A stretch of DNA of 63,997 nt, filler included, from Sanchytrium tribonematis (lineage: Eukaryota), in assembly GCA_018985235.1 (NCBI GenBank). It is 10 parts of 10 records of this genome, joined end to end, with 100 filler letters (N's around TTAATTAATTAA, not from the genome) between each part and the next. Parts side by side here need not be neighbours in the genome. Positions count along the whole stretch, not along the records: positions 56,018 to 60,321 come from JADGIG010000739.1; positions 60,422 to 63,997 come from JADGIG010000840.1; 8 more parts are not named here. The stretch is one strand, 5' to 3'. The notes under the pieces were generated by a model. It was not told the DNA's origin. It worked only from the letters and a program-made list of their open reading frames with translations, and did no database searches. Positions 59,632-63,997 of this stretch are shown in pieces (position 1 is the stretch's first letter; each line of letters opens with the position of its first letter). Position numbers and translations under genes: made by a program.

Positions 59632-60421
59632 TTGGTTTCAATTGACACAATAAACTTTATTAGATTTTGATCTCAGAATAAAACAATCATCGAGTTCAGA
59701 CATATGCTTGTCAAATGATCATCAATGATAAAGTACTTACCTTAATTAGAATAATATTTATCAGAGCCAAAAATATCATCGAGTTCAGACTCGTCATCTA
59801 TCGTCCTTTAATTAACTTACTGATTCTATGTTAGTTGGTAAATTCAGATTACACCAATTTTGTCGTCGTTGCTCGGTACCCAGTGCAAATCATCTTAATT
59901 TATAACATACCTTTTATATTGAAATTCAACTCTCCCAGTTGTAAAGATCTAACTCAAATTTCTTTCTGCTTGAATGTAATCTACATTAAAAATATTCATC
60001 AGGCAGCAAAGTGTCCTCAAGGTCAGACGGTAATTCCATTATCATCAATTGATTTTCTTACCTTCGTTAGTTATTCGGTCTGCTATAATCTATCATCATT
60101 TTCAGCGACTCTAGTTGAATCTTCACACCAGAAATAATTACCTTTTAGCTTCAAAGCATTGTTGGCCCCTTTCCATCATCTCTTCACGTGAATTTAACCA
60201 ATAACCCGCTCGTACAATATTTCAAAAAATTTATTCAACCACAAGTCTCGCCACCTTAGCTGCAGTGAACACTTTGTATCCAATGACATCCAAATTTATG
60301 ACCAACTCATCTTTGTTCTTANNNNNNNNNNNNNNNNNNNNNNNNNNNNNNNNNNNNNNNNNNNNTTAATTAATTAANNNNNNNNNNNNNNNNNNNNNNN
60401 NNNNNNNNNNNNNNNNNNNNN

Positions 60422-60842
60422 CCCAAAAGGCATCTTGGTAAGAAAACCCTTCCAATAAATCTATGGCTTCTTCCTTGAAGTTCAAAATATACAAACCTGC
60501 AGCCAAAGCTTCCGCACAATTCAATTTAAAAGCTTTACCATAATTAATTGGATTAGCACTAACCAAGAAAGGTAGTAAACGGTCTTTATAGCTTCCCTTA
60601 GTAAATTTCACCGGTAATTCTTCTACATGGTTCCATGAGCAATCTAGCACGGCGATTCCGGATTTAACGACATAATCACGATCAACAGGAGACAATGCTT
60701 TTTCTCCAAACGGACTTAGAGTGATACTTTTACACGTATGTCTTGGATTAACTGGCTTTATTTTTTTACTGCGGACTAGCTTACTTGCTGAGCATCGTTT
60801 AGTGTCACAAGTGCCAAAATCTACAGAGTATACTTTGACCAT
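60422..60842 (-). CDS. TSR3: 18S rRNA aminocarboxypropyltransferase Tsr3, 3' truncated
   Basis: DFGTCDTKRCS, LDCSW, RLLPFLVSANPINYG..KLNCAEALAA. Confidence 0.93.
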
Positions 60843-61026
60843 TGTACAAATTAGTTTGAAGGAGTTACCGAAGGACGCATTTCTTTTGACATCTTGAAAA
60901 CTAGATTTAATTGGGTATGTATCATCAATTTTTTAAAGTATTTCTTAGCTCTCTGATGGATTAATTTTTTATGACGATTTATGTATACTCAGAATGCAAA
61001 GCGGCAGCATTTAATTTTCAATTTAT

Positions 61027-61428
61027 TTATTCGTCATCTTCTGCAATCGCGAAATTATCATCCATTTGAATTTCAACTTTCTTTTTTTTACGCTTTTCTT
61101 TCATTTCGTCACTGTCTACTACAGGAAATTCCATGCTCAAAATATTTATATTTTTGGCCTCTCTTTTTTCGCCATTCTTGTCAGTGTATTCGCTGCAATA
61201 CAGAACACCGGTGACTACGATGGCGCTACCAACATCCAAACAGCTCACAATATTCTCAAATCTCCCTGGCCAAATAGTTGCGTTGTAATAGTTGGTGTAC
61301 TTTTTGCCACTCACAAAAGGATTCACCACAAATCGCAACTCTAATACTTCAACGGGCCCATTTCTTGTCTTTCTCGTTGCTTTCTTTGGGGGGAGTCCAA
61401 GTCTTCCATTTAGATTGACAACAACCAT
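61027..61428 (-). CDS. Bacterial/mitochondrial-type single-stranded DNA-binding protein
   Basis: VNLNGRLG, TIW, GSAIVVTG.L..SEYTDKNGEKR; acidic tail. Confidence 0.75.
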   Translation of the reverse strand: MVVVNLNGRLGLPPKKATRKTRNGPVEVLELRFVVNPFVSGKKYTNYYNATIWPGRFENIVSCLDVGSAIVVTGVLYCSEYTDKNGEKREAKNINILSMEFPVVDSDEMKEKRKKKKVEIQMDDNFAIAEDDE

Positions 61429-61608
61429 TTTCTACGCCTTCTTCTACGCCATCAAGCCCCCAAATGGCTTTATAGAGGCCATTTGAACAATGATTGGGTA
61501 GAGAGCCACTTTATGGCCCAATTTGGCTAGAAATACGCTCATTTATTTGTCAATTTTGAGCCATTAATCAGACGGTTTTAGAAGAAGGAATGTATCCCAA
61601 ATTACAAA

Positions 61609-62391
61609 ATGATGATGAATTTCTTTTTAACATCCATTATGGCTACAGATATCAGTTTAGTAGGTGTCTGTGGATTGAACAATGGTAGAGATCCACAATT
61701 CAAAAATGACACACTATTATTTTGTGACAAGGGCAACTGTTGCAGTGCATCTGGATATTGTGGTACATCATCCACCTCCAAGAAGACCAAAGAAGGGTAC
61801 TGCAATTTACAAGGTGAATTCAAATGTCAACCACAATTTTCAGATTCCAATTCAAAATGCAGACCAATCAGTGATACGGGTGTTTGTGGCATCAATAAAG
61901 GCAGAGATAAGAACCACGATGATGATACTGTCTTGTACTGTGCAAATGAGAATTGTTGCAGTGCTTCTGGGTATTGTGGCAAATCAGATGCATCAGATTC
62001 AGAAAGTACAGGATATTGCAATACCAATGGTGATTTCCCATGTCAACCCAATTATTCATCATTAGAATCTGCTTGTCCACCTGCTGCTGGATTGGTGAGT
62101 TTAGTGGGTGTTTGTGGATTAAACAAGGGAAGAGATCCAAAATATTCAGATGATAAATATTTATTTTGTGCAGCTGGTAATTGTTGCAGTGGATCTGGTT
62201 ATTGTGGGATTTCAGATACATCCAACACATCTAGCACTGGATATTGCAATTTAAAGGGTGATTTCAAATGTGCTGCAGAATATTCTGCATTAAATTCAAC
62301 ATGTGCCAAACCACCCAAAGAAGATTCACAATCTGATGAACAATGTAATCCAATTATTGATTTTTTATATTCAATCTTTGGATGGAAATAA
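61609..62391 (+). CDS. Secreted protein with three hevein/CBM18-like chitin-binding repeats
   Basis: 3x GVCG..C..CCS.SGYCG..YC..C..C. Confidence 0.85.
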   Translation: MMMNFFLTSIMATDISLVGVCGLNNGRDPQFKNDTLLFCDKGNCCSASGYCGTSSTSKKTKEGYCNLQGEFKCQPQFSDSNSKCRPISDTGVCGINKGRDKNHDDDTVLYCANENCCSASGYCGKSDASDSESTGYCNTNGDFPCQPNYSSLESACPPAAGLVSLVGVCGLNKGRDPKYSDDKYLFCAAGNCCSGSGYCGISDTSNTSSTGYCNLKGDFKCAAEYSALNSTCAKPPKEDSQSDEQCNPIIDFLYSIFGWK

Positions 62392-62585
62392 ACATTTTAA
62401 AATTACAAAATTGATTTATGGGGGCATGAACATACTCTGTCAACTGTACAAGCGCACGGTTGTTTGCAAACATCTATATTAATCTTGTTTTATGTCTTGC
62501 ACCAATTAATTAAAGTTGCAAACACTATTTTATTGGTGCGAAAAAAGGTATTTTCTACTTAAATCTGCCAATTCCCATACAGTAC

Positions 62586-63092
62586 ATGATTATGAATCTA
62601 TTTATTTTATCAGTCTTTTCAGTACAGCCATTCAGTACAATTGGCGTGTGTGGCGTAAATAAAGATGTCAATGGCAAAATAAGAGATCCAAAATTCAAAA
62701 TTACAGATGTCCTTTATTGTCAGAGTGGAAATTGCTGTAGTAGCCAAGGATTTTGTGGTAAATCAGATCCAAAAATCAAATTAAGCACCGGTTATTGTAA
62801 CGCGTATGGCCAATTTCAATGTCAACCAGAATATTCCGCACCTCACTCAACTTGTTTACCCGTGAGTACGGTGGGTGTATGTGGATTAAATACAGATAAA
62901 AATGGCAAAGTCAGAGATCCACAATTTGAAAAGACCCAATATTTGAAATGCAATAATGGAAATTGTTGTGGATTTTATGGATATTGTGGTAAATCACCCA
63001 TTTCTCAAACCAATAATTTGGGATATTGCAATGCAAATGGCAGTTATCAATGTCAATCTAAATATTCAGACCCATTTTCAACATGCAAATAA
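62586..63092 (+). CDS. Secreted protein with two hevein/CBM18-like repeats
   Basis: Same 8-Cys unit twice. Confidence 0.85.
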   Translation: MIMNLFILSVFSVQPFSTIGVCGVNKDVNGKIRDPKFKITDVLYCQSGNCCSSQGFCGKSDPKIKLSTGYCNAYGQFQCQPEYSAPHSTCLPVSTVGVCGLNTDKNGKVRDPQFEKTQYLKCNNGNCCGFYGYCGKSPISQTNNLGYCNANGSYQCQSKYSDPFSTCK

Positions 63093-63126
63093 ATAATTCT
63101 GATTGGAAAACAACACGTGATTTTGA

Positions 63127-63336
63127 GAATCTTCAAATCGTTTTGGCAAAGCAAGAGATTTAAATTATAAAACCACAGATGTCCTCTATTGTGATAGGGG
63201 AAATTGTTGTAGTGCTTCAGGATATTGTGGCAACACTTTGCCAAGCATTACTGATTCCAACGGATACTGCAATAAGAATGGGGATTTTAAATGTCAACCA
63301 AAATACTCTTCATTAAAGTCAACATGCGCAAAATAA
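63127..63336 (+). pseudogene. 5'-truncated hevein-like repeat
   Basis: RDLNYKTTDVLYCDRGNCCSASGYCG..CAK* with no ATG after the stop at 63124. Confidence 0.7.
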
Positions 63337-63513
63337 ATAATCATTTTGATTTAATGGACTTTGTAATATAAATTCTGATTGAATTTAGCACCTCATTAAC
63401 GCATTATTGGTCATTTAAATGACTGCAATATGTAATATCTCTTTTGATTCGTCCAGATTTATTCCCCAATACTTTGTTTTCTATTTAAATCTCCCATTCC
63501 CATATCAATATTC

Positions 63514-63768
63514 ATGTTGACTTTCTTTATTTTATCCATTTCAGCACAACAAACATTCATCAACACCATTTGTGGTCCCAATAATGGAAGAGATCACAGA
63601 TTTGCAGAAGATGCCATATTTAAATGCGCACCAGGTCAATGTTGTGGGGCAAAACAGTATTGTGGGGTATCTGATCCCAATTTATTAGATGAACATTCAT
63701 TTTGTAATGCATCTGGTGATTATAAATGTGCTCCGTATTTTTCAGGAGATGGATCTGCATGTCAATAA
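63514..63768 (+). CDS. Secreted single hevein-like domain protein
   Basis: ICGPNNGRD..CAPGQCCGAKQYCG..FC..C..C. Confidence 0.8.
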   Translation: MLTFFILSISAQQTFINTICGPNNGRDHRFAEDAIFKCAPGQCCGAKQYCGVSDPNLLDEHSFCNASGDYKCAPYFSGDGSACQ

Positions 63769-63883
63769 ATTATTTTTGCAAATTTATAATTTCACTGATT
63801 GGATCTAAATGACTTGTGTGATGATCTGTCATTGGTACTAGAATTATTGAATTTATTTATAATTAAACTGAAGTCATTCCGTC

Positions 63884-63997
63884 ATGATGTCATCATTCTT
63901 TCTTTTATCCGTATTCGCAGTTGCCTCACCCATTTTTGAGAATACGATTTGTGGTGCCAATGCAGGTAGACAGTGACGAAATGAAAGAAAAGCGTAA
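63884..63997 (+). pseudogene. Start of a further, frameshifted hevein-like copy
   Basis: MMSSFFLLSVFA, then NTICGANAGR in another frame. Confidence 0.45.

Noticed and set aside
24858..60421. Regularly spaced TTAATTAATTAA palindromes about 4.4 kb apart
   Set aside because: Artificial linkers; contig lengths fall monotonically 4350, 4344, 4341, 4335, 4335, 4331, 4324, 4304, which indicates file ordering

Overview
AT-rich, very gene-dense eukaryotic DNA. It is not one locus: ten contigs are joined by nine artificial 100-nt spacers (N44-TTAATTAATTAA-N44), so adjacency across spacers means nothing. Gene content (CFAP57-like axonemal protein, hevein-type chitin-binding repeats, GT69/GT14/BMT-like glycosyltransferases, AA11-like LPMO, ATP10, CDC37, many secreted LRR proteins) points to a reduced zoosporic fungus or close relative; a sanchytrid-like organism is my inference, not a demonstrated assignment. 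Main signals: (1) at least seven, probably eight, 19-20-nt GT-AG introns with an invariant A six bases from the 3' end that explain many apparent ORF breaks; (2) one such intron at the same codon in three LRR paralogues, separating ectodomain from membrane anchor; (3) a Crypton-like tyrosine recombinase pseudogene next to an intact RuvC-like resolvase and a SET-domain gene; (4) a compact gene grammar (CCC just before ATG, AATAAA fused to the TAA stop, about 10-aa signal peptides, 17-36-bp divergent promoters); (5) several secreted or membrane protein families I do not recognise. All family assignments come from motif recognition by eye, not from searches.
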